The notes under the pieces: generated by a model
Told to the model about the DNA's origin: nothing
Seen by the model: the letters and a program-made list of their open reading frames with translations, nothing else
The model's database searches: none
Part shown: in pieces, positions 1-8,986 of the stretch
How the letters are laid out: every line of letters starts with the position of its first letter
How positions within the stretch are numbered: the first letter of the stretch is position 1
Translations under genes and position numbers: made by a program
DNA from: Acaryochloris marina S15
GTDB lineage: Bacteria; Cyanobacteriota; Cyanobacteriia; Thermosynechococcales; Thermosynechococcaceae
Reading direction: 5' to 3'
Assembly: GCF_018336915.1 (NCBI RefSeq)
Contig: NZ_CP064923.1
Span: 1,396,818-1,420,817 of the forward strand
Length of the DNA stretch: 24,000 bases

Positions 1-1365
1 CTCCAGGTACAAGAGTCTGAATTCACGACTCAGCTATTCAACTACAGAACTCAGTTAGATACTGAAAAGACCAATGCCCTAGCCGATGTTCAGGCCCTGA
101 CTGACAATGCCTCTACTCTGCTGGTAGACCTAAAGACAGAGGTGCAAACGACCCAAGAGCAGGCGGTTCAAGACCTCGAAGCGCTGACCCTACAGGTGTC
201 CAGTCAGCTGGCCGACTTGAAGACGAATTTGCAAGGTTCCCAAGAGCAAACCCAGCAGTCTTTGCAAGCCATAGAAGCGAAAACAGAACAGGATCTAGCG
301 ACCATTACAACGGATGCCCAAGCTCGCAAAGATCAGATTCTCAAACAGCTAGCAGCCCTATCTCCAGCCCAGCTCGCTGGAGACGCCGTGGCAGAAATTG
401 ATCAGAAATTGCAGACGGCATTGGGGCCTTTAGAGCGCCTACAGGCCAATCATCCCGATCTATTCCTGGATGTTGCGGACTATATCCGGCAAGGAGACGA
501 GCTACTAGCGAACAGCAATTTCCGCCAGGCCCTCTCTGTCTATAATCAGGCGTTGGAGCTAAAAGCCGATGATCCTCAACTTTGGTGCCAACGGGCCGAA
601 ACCCAGAGCGGGCTAAAGCTGTTTGAAGAAGCTGTCGGCTCCCTAGATAAAGCGATTGAGCTGACCCCAGAGGATCCTAAGCTTTGGCAACGCCGAGGCC
701 AAGTGTTGAAGGACTTACAGCGATATGAAGGCGCGCTCGGGGCTTTCAAAGAAGCGGCAAAGCTGCAGCCGGAAGAGCCCCACAACTGGATGGACTGTGG
801 CACTTTACTAGAGCGTCTCCAGCGCTGGGATGAAGCCCTCTCTACCTATGACCGTGTGATTGCCATTGAACCGAACCATCGCAATGCCTGGATGAATCGA
901 GGATTTGTGATGGGCATCCTCCAACGTCATGAAGATGCCTTTGCCTCGTTTGATCATGTCGTTCAACATGAATCTGAGGATGCTGCTGCCTGGTTGAATC
1001 GGGGATTAGCTCTGCAAGTTTTAGAACGCCATGAAGAAGCGTTTGAGTCCTTTGAACATACCGTTAATCATAAGCCTGAAGCCTATAAAGCCTGGAGCCA
1101 TCGAGGGTATGCCCTGATCAAGCTAGAACGTGATCGTGATGCTCTGGTTAGCCTCAACAAAGCCCTAGAGATTAATGCGGATTACCCCAATGCTTACTAT
1201 GGCAAAGCAGTCTGCTATGTCCTCCAAGGTGAGACAGCCTTAGGTTTAGAAAATCTAGAGCGGGCCATCAAGCTGAACCCAAGCTTTCGAGAACAAGCCC
1301 GCAGTGATACTCACTTCGTTGATTTTCGTGAGGATGAATGGTTCCGTGAACTGGTCAACCGCTAA
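1..1365 (+). CDS. TPR-repeat protein with N-terminal coiled-coil-like region; 5' end lies outside the window
   Basis: Frame 1 is open from base 1 (LQVQESEFTTQLFNYRTQLDTEK...) through the 407-aa ORF. Repeated TPR-like 34-aa units (e.g. ALSVYNQALELKADDPQLWCQRAE, SLDKAIELTPEDPKLWQRRGQ, YDRVIAIEPNHRNAWMNRG). Stop at 1363-1365. Confidence 0.9.
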   Translation, partial: LQVQESEFTTQLFNYRTQLDTEKTNALADVQALTDNASTLLVDLKTEVQTTQEQAVQDLEALTLQVSSQLADLKTNLQGSQEQTQQSLQAIEAKTEQDLATITTDAQARKDQILKQLAALSPAQLAGDAVAEIDQKLQTALGPLERLQANHPDLFLDVADYIRQGDELLANSNFRQALSVYNQALELKADDPQLWCQRAETQSGLKLFEEAVGSLDKAIELTPEDPKLWQRRGQVLKDLQRYEGALGAFKEAAKLQPEEPHNWMDCGTLLERLQRWDEALSTYDRVIAIEPNHRNAWMNRGFVMGILQRHEDAFASFDHVVQHESEDAAAWLNRGLALQVLERHEEAFESFEHTVNHKPEAYKAWSHRGYALIKLERDRDALVSLNKALEINADYPNAYYGKAVCYVLQGETALGLENLERAIKLNPSFREQARSDTHFVDFREDEWFRELVNR

Positions 1366-1378
1366 TAAAGCCTTAAAC

Positions 1379-1414
1379 AAAAGCCCTTCACCAATTGCTC
1401 AGTGAAGGGCTTTT
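1379..1414. terminator. Bidirectional intrinsic terminator between convergent TPR gene and ftsH
   Basis: Perfect 12-bp stem AAAGCCCTTCAC (1380-1391) / GTGAAGGGCTTT (1402-1413), A-run on one side and T-run on the other, between convergent genes. Confidence 0.88.
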
Positions 1415-1435
1415 GCTATGGAAGTTCAACTAGGA

Positions 1436-3337
1436 CTAGAGAGCGACAGGCTCCTGTTCATCCGCAGTCTGGACATGGACTTCAGGATGGACCTTAGCCA
1501 GCATCTCCCGGAGACCATCGCCCTCAATCACTTCCTTCTCCAGCAACTGCTCAGAAATCATCTCCAGCAATTCCTTATTTCCCTTCAGGATAGTCAGCGC
1601 TTCCTGGTGAGCCGTCTCCACAATGCCCTTAACTTCCTTATCAATCGCCTTGGCCGTCTCATCACTGACAGCACGGCGAGCATTCATCCCCCCACCGAGG
1701 AAGTTATTCTGCTGCCCCTTGTCATAAGCTAGAGGACCTAACACCTCACTCATGCCGTAAGACGTCACCATCTGCTCCGCTAGATCCGTCGCTCTTTGTA
1801 AATCATTAGAAGCACCCGTCGTGATACTACCGAAGATGACCTCCTCTGCAGCCCGTCCACCTAACAGAGTGGCAATCTGACCGCGCAGCTCAGCCTCATT
1901 CAACAAGAACCGATCTTCCGTAGGCACTTGCAACGTGTAACCCAAGGCAGCCATACCGCGAGGAACAATGGAAATCTTCTCCACTTGATCTGAACCGGAC
2001 ATCTTGGCCCCGACAAGGGCATGACCGACCTCGTGGTAAGCCACAATCTTCTTCTCCTTCTCATTGAGCACACGGCTCTTCTTCTCTAGACCAGCCACCA
2101 CTCGCTCAATCGCTTCAGCAAAGTCTTGAGTCTCCACCACCTTGTTGCCGCGTCGGGCTGCTAGTAGTGCCGCTTCATTCACCAAGTTGGCTAAGTCAGC
2201 CCCGGCAAAACCAGGAGTACGAGTGGCCATAGCCTTAAGGTCAACATTGTCACCGAGCTTCACTTTCTTGGCATAGATTTCCAAGATAGCCAGACGACCC
2301 GTGAGATCAGGACGGTCTACCAGTACTTGACGGTCAAATCGACCGGGACGCAGTAGTGCTGGGTCTAAAGTCTCAGGACGGTTAGTTGCAGCAAGAACGA
2401 TAACAGTTGCATCTCCAGCCCCAAACCCATCCATTTCAGTTAGGAGCTGGTTGAGGGTTTGTTCCCGCTCATCATTCCCGCCGACAAAACCATTTCCACC
2501 AGACCGAGATTTACCAATGGCATCCAATTCGTCAATAAAGATAATGCAAGGCGCTTTCTTCTTAGCTTGTTCAAACAAGTCCCGGACTCGGGCCGCACCA
2601 GTACCAACAAACAGTTCTACAAATTCTGAACCCGAGATACTGAAGAACGCAACCCCAGCTTCACCGGCGACAGCCTTAGCCATCAACGTTTTACCCGTTC
2701 CCGGAGGACCCACTAGAAGAACACCCTTGGGAATCTTGGCACCAATATCAGTGAAGCGCTTAGGAGACTGGAGGAACTCGACAATTTCTTCGAGTTCAGC
2801 TTTAGATTCTTCTACACCAGCAACATCATCAAAGGTGACCTTATTGTCATCGCCTTCGACATAGACTTTGGCTTTGTTCTTAGTCACAGACAGAGCACCT
2901 TGGGGACCACCACCGCCCATGCCACCACGACTAAAGAATTGGAAGATGGCGACGAAGATAACGGGGGGAATCACCCAGCTTAGTAGGGTGGTGAACCAGC
3001 GATTGCTTGGAGGAGGCGTGGCTGCGAATTCAACGCCTTTGGATTCGAGGAGCTTGGGGAGTTCTAGGTCAAAGATAGGAGTGGTTTCTAAAAGCTGAGC
3101 TTGTTCAGCTACTCCCTCTTTTAGCTTGTAACGAATTAATTTTTGCCCCACAGACACTCGGGCAACCTGCTCATCTCGGACTTGTTCAATGAAGAAGCTA
3201 TAGGGAACCCGTGGCACTCTAGGACCCATGACATAGGGTAAGGCCAAATTTGCAATTAACAAGATTGCAGGTAGAAATAGCAGCAGACTTGTAATTAGGT
3301 TTGGACGGGGACGTTGAGGCTTGTCTTTAATCGGCAT
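1436..3337 (-). CDS. ftsH: ATP-dependent zinc metalloprotease FtsH
   Basis: 633 aa. N-terminal TM segments, Walker A GPPGTGKT, Walker [15 protein letters not shown] region, zinc motif HEVGH. Confidence 0.98.
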   Translation of the reverse strand: MPIKDKPQRPRPNLITSLLLFLPAILLIANLALPYVMGPRVPRVPYSFFIEQVRDEQVARVSVGQKLIRYKLKEGVAEQAQLLETTPIFDLELPKLLESKGVEFAATPPPSNRWFTTLLSWVIPPVIFVAIFQFFSRGGMGGGGPQGALSVTKNKAKVYVEGDDNKVTFDDVAGVEESKAELEEIVEFLQSPKRFTDIGAKIPKGVLLVGPPGTGKTLMAKAVAGEAGVAFFSISGSEFVELFVGTGAARVRDLFEQAKKKAPCIIFIDELDAIGKSRSGGNGFVGGNDEREQTLNQLLTEMDGFGAGDATVIVLAATNRPETLDPALLRPGRFDRQVLVDRPDLTGRLAILEIYAKKVKLGDNVDLKAMATRTPGFAGADLANLVNEAALLAARRGNKVVETQDFAEAIERVVAGLEKKSRVLNEKEKKIVAYHEVGHALVGAKMSGSDQVEKISIVPRGMAALGYTLQVPTEDRFLLNEAELRGQIATLLGGRAAEEVIFGSITTGASNDLQRATDLAEQMVTSYGMSEVLGPLAYDKGQQNNFLGGGMNARRAVSDETAKAIDKEVKGIVETAHQEALTILKGNKELLEMISEQLLEKEVIEGDGLREMLAKVHPEVHVQTADEQEPVAL

Positions 3338-3370
3338 GGTTCGCTCCCTAACTTTTGATAAATCGCTTGT

Positions 3371-3598
3371 TCAGGTGGCTGGAGAAGCTCCCACTTTATT
3401 TGAAGACTCTGTACGTTCTAACCATTCAAATACTTGGTTTAGTTGCTTAAGAGAAACAAAGCCAAACTGCCAAAGAATGATGGGAAGTTGACTCGAAAGA
3501 TGATGTTGCTGGCGAATCGCAAGTGCGATCGCATCAGCTGGGATCAACAGCTCGTCTCGCAAGTATCGAATGAGTTTGGTTTGAGCAGAATAGTTCAT
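3371..3598 (-). CDS. Small cyanobacterial conserved protein, DUF2949-like
   Basis: 75 aa; LIRYLRDELLIPADAIALAIRQ...LPIILWQFGFVSLKQLNQVFEWLE recalls the DUF2949 family. Same strand as ftsH, 33-nt gap. Confidence 0.75.
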   Translation of the reverse strand: MNYSAQTKLIRYLRDELLIPADAIALAIRQQHHLSSQLPIILWQFGFVSLKQLNQVFEWLERTESSNKVGASPAT

Positions 3599-3740
3599 GG
3601 TTGAGAGTCGTCAAGGGAGTAAGGCGGAGATTGAATCTCTAAGTTTTGAAGGCAACTTTCTTCATCGTATCGATTTCAGTAAAAATCCACCTTGGACAAT
3701 CGAAATATCAATGTTTTAGGCTGGGCGACATTAAATCAGT

Positions 3741-3938
3741 TTAGGCAAGGAGACCTAAGCGCTTGCCATTATCACGGGCAAGACGAATCCAGCTTTGGCG
3801 CTGAGTCCGTTCAATACCAATTTGATTGCAGAATTTGGTAATGGCTTTTGAATGCAGAGCGATCGCTTTGCCTCTGAGTTTGGTAAATCGAGGGGTACCA
3901 ACAGCAGTGCGAGTAAGAACAACGATAGGTGCAAACAT
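3741..3938 (-). CDS. pgr5: PGR5-like protein (cyclic electron flow / proton gradient regulation)
   Basis: From internal ATG at 3938: MFAPIVVLTRTAVGTPRFTKLRGKAIALHSKAITKFCNQIGIERTQRQSWIRLARDNGKRLGLLA, very close to plant PGR5 and Synechocystis Ssr2016 as recalled. The 85-aa ORF start at 3998 is an in-frame upstream extension. Confidence 0.9.
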   Translation of the reverse strand: MFAPIVVLTRTAVGTPRFTKLRGKAIALHSKAITKFCNQIGIERTQRQSWIRLARDNGKRLGLLA

Positions 3939-4624
3939 AGTGGACTCCGTATGTAACGTTATGTTAACCATACTAATTAAAATGTTACGAATTGTCAAGA
4001 CTGAGTTTGACTTTTAATGAAGTCTCTGAAGTGAAATCTATTTAGCTAAAAAAGAGGCTCCAGTTAAAATAAAGAGAGTTAAATAGCTAATTAAGGATTT
4101 TTATAAGATATAAATCGTTTATTTAATAATTTTTGCTTTAATTTCAGCTCTATATTTTTTAGAATACAGTCTAATAAGGTGTACTAATGCTGTTATTCAA
4201 GAATTTTTATAACTCAAATTTGTAAAGTATTTTACAAAAAGCACGGTTAATGTAACGTCATTGTGAACTGAATTGGGGTTGGTTTGAATCTATTGCGGTC
4301 CCGCTGCTAGCAGAAGAGATTAGCTCACAATCGTAAATTACAGGTTTAGGAGTGCAAACGTTTGCTCTACCCCATCTGTTTGTAGCAGCGTTGAGTGACC
4401 TAGCCTCTGAATCATCGAATAAGGCTGGCGAACTGAGAGTGATCCCCCATGAGAAAATTTCCCGTCTAGGCAAAAGCCTATCGGGATTGGGGCTAATACC
4501 AATTAGCACCTAAGAGTGTAATTTTGATTATTTGCTAAGCCAACTCAGTCTTGGATTTCACAAGTTTGAGAGTTACACCTTCAGGCACAGCTTGGTATAA
4601 GACTGGCGGGAGGTGTTCTCGCGA

Positions 4625-5581
4625 TTAAATAGCCATATATTCTTGCAGCATCACTTTTTGCGATCGCAAAATCTTAAAGGCTTCTCGCTCCACCCGGCGG
4701 ACCCATTCTCGGCTGACGTTCAGACGTTCTCCCACCTTGGCTAAGGTCAGTGGATTTTGGTCAATCAAGCCGTATCGCAACGTAATCACTTCCCGTTGTT
4801 GGGGGCTAAGATCCTGTAACAGCTTCGTTAAATCAGACCGTAGCGAAGAGGCCGTGGCATATTTATCTGGAGATTCATTCGGATCTTCCAGCAATTCCCA
4901 CAGTTCTGTATTTTGCTGGTCACCAATCTGAATATCTAAGGAAATGGAGCGGCGAGCGTAGCTGAGGTAGTCCTCAATTTTTTTAGGGGGCAGATCCATC
5001 TCTGCTGCCAGCTCCGCCACAGTGGGGTCGCGATGTAGTGTTTGAGACAGTTCGCGTCTTACCTTGCGCAGTTTACTGAGCTTTTCATTGATATGAATAG
5101 GGAGGCGAATGGTTCGTTCTTGTTCTGCGATCGCACGGGTCATGGCTTGGCGAATCCACCAGTAAGCATAAGTAGAAAAGCGATAGCCTTTCATCGGGTC
5201 AAATTTCTCGACACCTCGTTGGAGGCCAATTGTACCCTCTTGAATTAAATCCAAAAATTCAACTTTAGCTTTGTTGTACTTCTTGGCAATCGAGACCACC
5301 AGGCGCAAATTAGATTCCACCATTTTGCGATTGGCTTTTCGGCCTAACTTCAGCTCTTTCTGGAGTTGTGAGACCGATATCTCAGCTTTGTCCGCCCATT
5401 CTGCCTGTGTGGGTTCTCGATCTAAGTGCTCTTGGAGGCCCTGTTTGAGATCTTGCAAAGTCATAAAACGTTGTACCTGTTTGCCAAAGATGATTTCCTC
5501 TTCGTGATTCAACAGAGGAAACCGACCTATCTCTCGTAGATAGGTCGTAATGGAATCTTTGCTAACAGATGAATTGTTCAT
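4625..5581 (-). CDS. RNA polymerase sigma factor, sigma-70 family, group 2 (SigB/SigD-like)
   Basis: 318 aa; regions 1.2 (DSITTYLREIGRFPLL), 2 (NLRLVVSIAKKY, DLIQEGTIGLQRGVEKFDPMKGYRFSTYAYWWIRQAMTRAI), 3 and 4.2 (LAKVGERLNVSREWVRRVEREAFKILR). Confidence 0.95.
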   Translation of the reverse strand: MNNSSVSKDSITTYLREIGRFPLLNHEEEIIFGKQVQRFMTLQDLKQGLQEHLDREPTQAEWADKAEISVSQLQKELKLGRKANRKMVESNLRLVVSIAKKYNKAKVEFLDLIQEGTIGLQRGVEKFDPMKGYRFSTYAYWWIRQAMTRAIAEQERTIRLPIHINEKLSKLRKVRRELSQTLHRDPTVAELAAEMDLPPKKIEDYLSYARRSISLDIQIGDQQNTELWELLEDPNESPDKYATASSLRSDLTKLLQDLSPQQREVITLRYGLIDQNPLTLAKVGERLNVSREWVRRVEREAFKILRSQKVMLQEYMAI

Positions 5582-5610
5582 GTCTACGGAGAGTTGAGAT
5601 TATTGGATAT

Positions 5611-5637
5611 AAAAGACCCCAGCGTAAAGCTGGGGCT
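5611..5637 (-). terminator. Intrinsic terminator downstream of HLIP gene
   Basis: Minus strand CCCCAGC-TTTAC-GCTGGGG followed by TCTTTT; 7-bp perfect stem (5617-5623/5629-5635). Confidence 0.8.
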
Positions 5638-5702
5638 AATAGACAAGGAAGAAGAGAATATTGGGGGTAGCTATATATTTCGCAAGCTACCCAAGCTGAC
5701 AT

Positions 5703-5855
5703 TTAGAAATTTAGTAAAGCTGCAACTTGACCGACAATCCCTTGACCAGTCATGACTTCAGTCACGATGGCTAGGAAGAAGCCCATCATTGCTAGACGAC
5801 CACCAAAAGTCTCTGCAAAGTCGGTGAAGCCCCAGATTGGATTTTGTGTACTCAT
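5703..5855 (-). CDS. High light-inducible protein (HLIP/SCP family)
   Basis: From internal ATG at 5855: MSTQNPIWGFTDFAETFGGRLAMMGFFLAIVTEVMTGQGIVGQVAALLNF, with the one-helix chlorophyll-binding motif ExxxGRLAMxGF. The listed 73-aa start at 5924 would place the HLR1-like site inside the CDS. Confidence 0.92.
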   Translation of the reverse strand: MSTQNPIWGFTDFAETFGGRLAMMGFFLAIVTEVMTGQGIVGQVAALLNF

Positions 5856-5884
5856 GTCGTTTGACTCCGTAATCGAAATAACCT

Positions 5885-5902
5885 TATGTAAATAAATGTA
5901 AC
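5885..5902 (-). promoter_or_regulatory. HLR1-like (RpaB-binding) motif upstream of HLIP gene
   Basis: Minus strand GTTACATTTATTTACATA, a full match to (G/T)TTACA(T/A)(T/A)NN(G/T)TTACA(T/A)(T/A), 29 nt upstream of the ATG. Confidence 0.75.
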
Positions 5903-6011
5903 TGCTCTTGTAACGATTTGTCAAGCATTTGTGTAATCTTTTTTCAACCGTTCTCTAGATATGGGTGAAGTAAATACATTGCTCCAGTTTGCATTGCATT
6001 TTGTAGATAAT

Positions 6012-6035
6012 AAAAAACCCAGCGCAATGGCTGGG
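6012..6035 (-). terminator. Intrinsic terminator downstream of the two-gene HLIP unit
   Basis: Minus strand CCCAGC-CATTGC-GCTGGG-TTTTTT (stem 6018-6023/6030-6035). Confidence 0.8.
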
Positions 6036-6203
6036 CCTGGATGAGAGTGATAACACTAATAACTAAATATGATTAGAGAACTCATAACCGATTTACGGAT
6101 AGAATTCTTCATTACGTAATCAAGGTCGCGGTAACCTTAATCTTTACTGCTTGCCCAGCTAAAGTGAGAGGAGAGACAAACACTAGCGGGTGGAAAGAAT
6201 TTC

Positions 6204-6353
6204 TTAGAAGCTAAACCAAGCGATGAGCTGGCCCAGAATACCTTGACCTGTCAAGGCTTCAGTGATGATGGCTAGAGTAAAGCCAATCATAGCGAGGCGA
6301 CCATTCCAGGTTTCGGAAAAGACGCTAAAACCAGAAGAAGGTTGAGTATTCAT
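6204..6353 (-). CDS. High light-inducible protein (HLIP/SCP family), not in the supplied ORF track
   Basis: Hand translation: MNTQPSSGFSVFSETWNGRLAMIGFTLAIITEALTGQGILGQLIAWFSF*. 49 aa with canonical ETWNGRLAMIGF. GGAG in AGGAGATTAAATCACAATG upstream. Confidence 0.95.
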   Translation of the reverse strand: MNTQPSSGFSVFSETWNGRLAMIGFTLAIITEALTGQGILGQLIAWFSF

Positions 6354-6416
6354 TGTGATTTAATCTCCTAAATAGTCAGCTTGTAATTCATAAAAGGTCG
6401 AGAGCAAAATAGCGGC

Positions 6417-6560
6417 TTACATCAAGCCCCAGAAATGCAAAACGCCTTTACCTGTGACTAGCTCAATTACGATGGCGGCATAGAAACCAACCATGGCTAA
6501 ACGGCCACTCCAAGCTTCAGCAAAGGGATTAAATCCGAAGAAATTATTAGAGGTATTCAT
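6417..6560 (-). CDS. High light-inducible protein (HLIP/SCP family), not in the supplied ORF track
   Basis: Hand translation: [47 protein letters not shown]. 47 aa with [12 protein letters not shown]. 63 nt upstream of the next HLIP, likely co-transcribed. Confidence 0.94.
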   Translation of the reverse strand: MNTSNNFFGFNPFAEAWSGRLAMVGFYAAIVIELVTGKGVLHFWGLM

Positions 6561-6598
6561 GTGTGTGGACTCCGTGGAACTCATGTGTGTTGTAACCT

Positions 6599-6616
6599 TA
6601 TGTAAATTAATGTAAC
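6599..6616 (-). promoter_or_regulatory. HLR1-like (RpaB-binding) motif upstream of the HLIP pair
   Basis: Minus strand GTTACATTAATTTACATA, full HLR1 consensus match. A third TTACA follows at the same 10-nt period (TTTACATAAGGTTACA). Confidence 0.78.
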
Positions 6617-6845
6617 AGCAACATAAAGAAATGTCAACGAAAATCTCTAGTTTTTAGGGTGCGATCGTCTTCGAGCTGCTGTAATTCTTTACAGGCTTAG
6701 TTTTTAGCTGCTTTATGAATGCTTGACTAGCCGTTGTCGATCATTATCAAGCGAGAGATCGAGACAGGCTTTCTCCACACAGATCTAGAAAATGCCTCAC
6801 CGTGTTCCAAATATCAATCGCTATGGGGCTGTCGGCTAACGAAGC

Positions 6846-7664
6846 TCAATGGGTCCCCGGTCGAAATAGATGTCGATGTTCAGGATGATACAGCCGTGAT
6901 CTCGCTTGAGAATGAGTGGCCTGCAATGCTGGACTGATTAAGTAGAGGGTCGTCCGAATCAACTCATGGTCTTCAGTTGCCTTTGCCATCTCAGATAACG
7001 GCACAACCCACATTTGTTCATCGGGCCACCCTAAGCGAAAGCCGATGGCTACAGGGGTATCCGGTTCATAATGAGCCAGCAATTTTTGTTGAGCCTGGTC
7101 TACATGGCGGGCACTGAGATACAAACAAAGGCTGGCTTTGTGAGCTGCTAAACTGGCAAGCTCTTCTGCTTGCGGAACTTGAGTTCGGCCACTAATACGC
7201 GTCAAAATAATCGTCTGTACCAGTTCGGGTACGGTGAGTTCCACCTGCAATTTAGCTGCAGCAAGCTGGAATGCACTAATACCAGGGATAATTTCGAAGG
7301 GAATATCTGCTTCTGCCAAAGCCTGTATTTGCTCGTGAACAGCCCCATACAGACAGGGATCGCCTGAGTGGAGTCGAACGACTGAAAGATGCGATCGTAC
7401 CTTCTCAATCATCATCGGAACGATATCTTCGAGGGTCTTGGTCGCGGTGGGGATCAATTCTGCTCCGTCATGGCATAGACTCAGCATTTCCTTAGGCACC
7501 AGAGAATTGGCATAAACCACTACATCTGCCTGTTGGATAATGCGCTGAGCCTTAACGGTGAGTAGCTCAGGATCTCCTGGTCCCGCTCCTACGATATAAA
7601 CGGCTGGTAATAGGGACTTGCTGGACGTAGGTTGCTCAAGAAGCTCAGGAGAAGGGGGAGTCAT
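6846..7664 (-). CDS. cobM: Precorrin-4 C(11)-methyltransferase
   Basis: 272 aa; VYIVGAGPGDPELLTVKAQRIIQQADVVVYANSLV, LHSGDPCLYGAVHEQ, FEIIPGISAFQLAAA are SAM-dependent tetrapyrrole methyltransferase motifs of the CobM type. Confidence 0.93.
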   Translation of the reverse strand: MTPPSPELLEQPTSSKSLLPAVYIVGAGPGDPELLTVKAQRIIQQADVVVYANSLVPKEMLSLCHDGAELIPTATKTLEDIVPMMIEKVRSHLSVVRLHSGDPCLYGAVHEQIQALAEADIPFEIIPGISAFQLAAAKLQVELTVPELVQTIILTRISGRTQVPQAEELASLAAHKASLCLYLSARHVDQAQQKLLAHYEPDTPVAIGFRLGWPDEQMWVVPLSEMAKATEDHELIRTTLYLISPALQATHSQARSRLYHPEHRHLFRPGTH

Positions 7665-7717
7665 AGGATTTCAATTCAACTTAAATATCAATGAAAAAAC
7701 AGAGCTGCAGTATCCCA

Positions 7718-8554
7718 TTAAGAGGCCTGCTTAGTATCCGGCAAACTACGCTTTAGCAAATACAACCAGCTCAAGCCGAGAAGGCCAATACCAATGCCAA
7801 TCAAGCTCACGACTTGAGCAATTCTTAAGGGCCCAAGCATTAAACTATCCGTCCGCAATCCCTCAATCCACAGCCGACCCAGGCTATAGGTCACCGCATA
7901 GACCAGAAAGAGCGTGCCTTTTTTGGCTTTAGGGAACCTAAAAAACAATGCCAGCAAGATTCCCAGTACCATCAGATTCCATACCGATTCATAGAGGAAG
8001 GTGGGGTGAAAGTAGGCTGAATTTCGATAGGCAAGTGGACGGCGTCCTGTTGGAATGAACAGCTTCCAAGGCAGATCAGTGGGATCACCAAAGGCTTCTG
8101 AATTAAAGAAATTCCCCCAACGGCCGATGGCTTGCCCCAAGATTAAAGACGGAGCCACCAGGTCCGCTAATTGCCAGAAAGAAACTTTATTCAGACGACT
8201 AAAAATCGTGGCCGCCAACATGCCGCCGAGGATGGCGCCATGAATAGCAATTCCCCCGCGCCAAATAGTGGCCACCTGATCCAAATGTTGACTGTAGTAC
8301 TCCCATTGGAACAGGACATAGTAAAGACGGGCACAAGGGATGGCTCCTATGACCAGCCACATTACCAAATCACTGATGACATCTGGCTTAATCCGACGGT
8401 ACGTAGCCAAATGCTGCGAGAGTTGTAATCCCAAAACGATCGCAGCTGCAATCAGGACGCCATACCATCGGATTACCACAGAACCAATCCGGAAGATTTC
8501 TGGTCCAGGAGAGGTGAAAACGGCCCAATAGGTTGGCGGCAAATTAACGAACAT
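7718..8554 (-). CDS. lgt: Prolipoprotein diacylglyceryl transferase
   Basis: 278 aa; [15 protein letters not shown], ...[25 protein letters not shown] (Lgt signature), multiple TM segments. Confidence 0.97.
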   Translation of the reverse strand: MFVNLPPTYWAVFTSPGPEIFRIGSVVIRWYGVLIAAAIVLGLQLSQHLATYRRIKPDVISDLVMWLVIGAIPCARLYYVLFQWEYYSQHLDQVATIWRGGIAIHGAILGGMLAATIFSRLNKVSFWQLADLVAPSLILGQAIGRWGNFFNSEAFGDPTDLPWKLFIPTGRRPLAYRNSAYFHPTFLYESVWNLMVLGILLALFFRFPKAKKGTLFLVYAVTYSLGRLWIEGLRTDSLMLGPLRIAQVVSLIGIGIGLLGLSWLYLLKRSLPDTKQAS

Positions 8555-8689
8555 GGTTAATACACAGGCATGGATTCATCAGGAGCTTTAGCCCCAGTGC
8601 ATAGTATCGCACCCCATGCTTAAGAACCGTCGTATTGATGCGTAGGTTCATATGGAAAAAAAGGAAGGTATGGCATTGGTCCTGCCTGG

Positions 8690-8932
8690 TTACTCAGCCG
8701 ATTGCGCTTGCTCCAGTAAAGATTGCCAGCCTGGTTTCCATAACCCTCGATTTTTCAAGGCTTTGGCATTCACCCAAAATCGAACCGTTTCGTCACAAGC
8801 AGCAACTAACTCAGCAAAAACCAGAGAACCTTCATTCTTGCGATTGACAACCCGAAAATGTCGCCAACCAAAGGTTGAAGATTGAGCGGTCCATTTGGAG
8901 CCAATCAAATGAGGGTGTTTCTGTTTTTTCAC
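8690..8932 (-). CDS. Small Trp-rich conserved protein, TIGR02450-like
   Basis: 80 aa; HLIGSKWTAQSSTFGWRHFRVVNRKNEGSLVFAELVAACDETVRFWVNAKALKNRGLWKPGW matches the recalled family pattern. Confidence 0.85.
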   Translation of the reverse strand: MKKQKHPHLIGSKWTAQSSTFGWRHFRVVNRKNEGSLVFAELVAACDETVRFWVNAKALKNRGLWKPGWQSLLEQAQSAE

Positions 8933-8986
8933 AATCAGACGTCACACTTGGTGACAAGTGAATGGAGCGATTAACAATCAATAATT

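Noticed and set aside
1418-1732. 104-aa plus-strand ORF
   Set aside because: Antisense to the well-supported ftsH 3' end; a shadow ORF. The same applies to 2451..2864 and 2868..3098.
3938-3998. 20-aa N-terminal extension of PGR5 in the ORF track
   Set aside because: MTIRNILISMVNITLHTEST is absent from known PGR5-type proteins as recalled, and it would place the ACGGAGTCCA leader inside the CDS.
4258-4509. 83-aa minus-strand ORF in the sigma-pgr5 gap
   Set aside because: No recognisable family, low-complexity-like composition, and it overlaps the hairpin region. Treated as non-coding.
5855-5924. 23-aa N-terminal extension of the HLIP at 5703..5855
   Set aside because: It would translate through the HLR1-like site and the shared leader; the internal ATG gives a canonical ~50-aa HLIP.
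6734-6937. 67-codon plus-strand ORF overlapping the 3' end of cobM
   Set aside because: About 90 nt lies antisense to cobM's conserved C-terminus and I recognise no homology. Kept out of the feature list though the 5' part is intergenic.
8652-8885. 77-aa plus-strand ORF
   Set aside because: Antisense to the TIGR02450-like gene, whose Trp-rich pattern is far better supported.
8943-8957. Small gtcac-acttg-gtgac hairpin
   Set aside because: Only a 5-bp stem with no T-run; too weak to call a terminator or operator.
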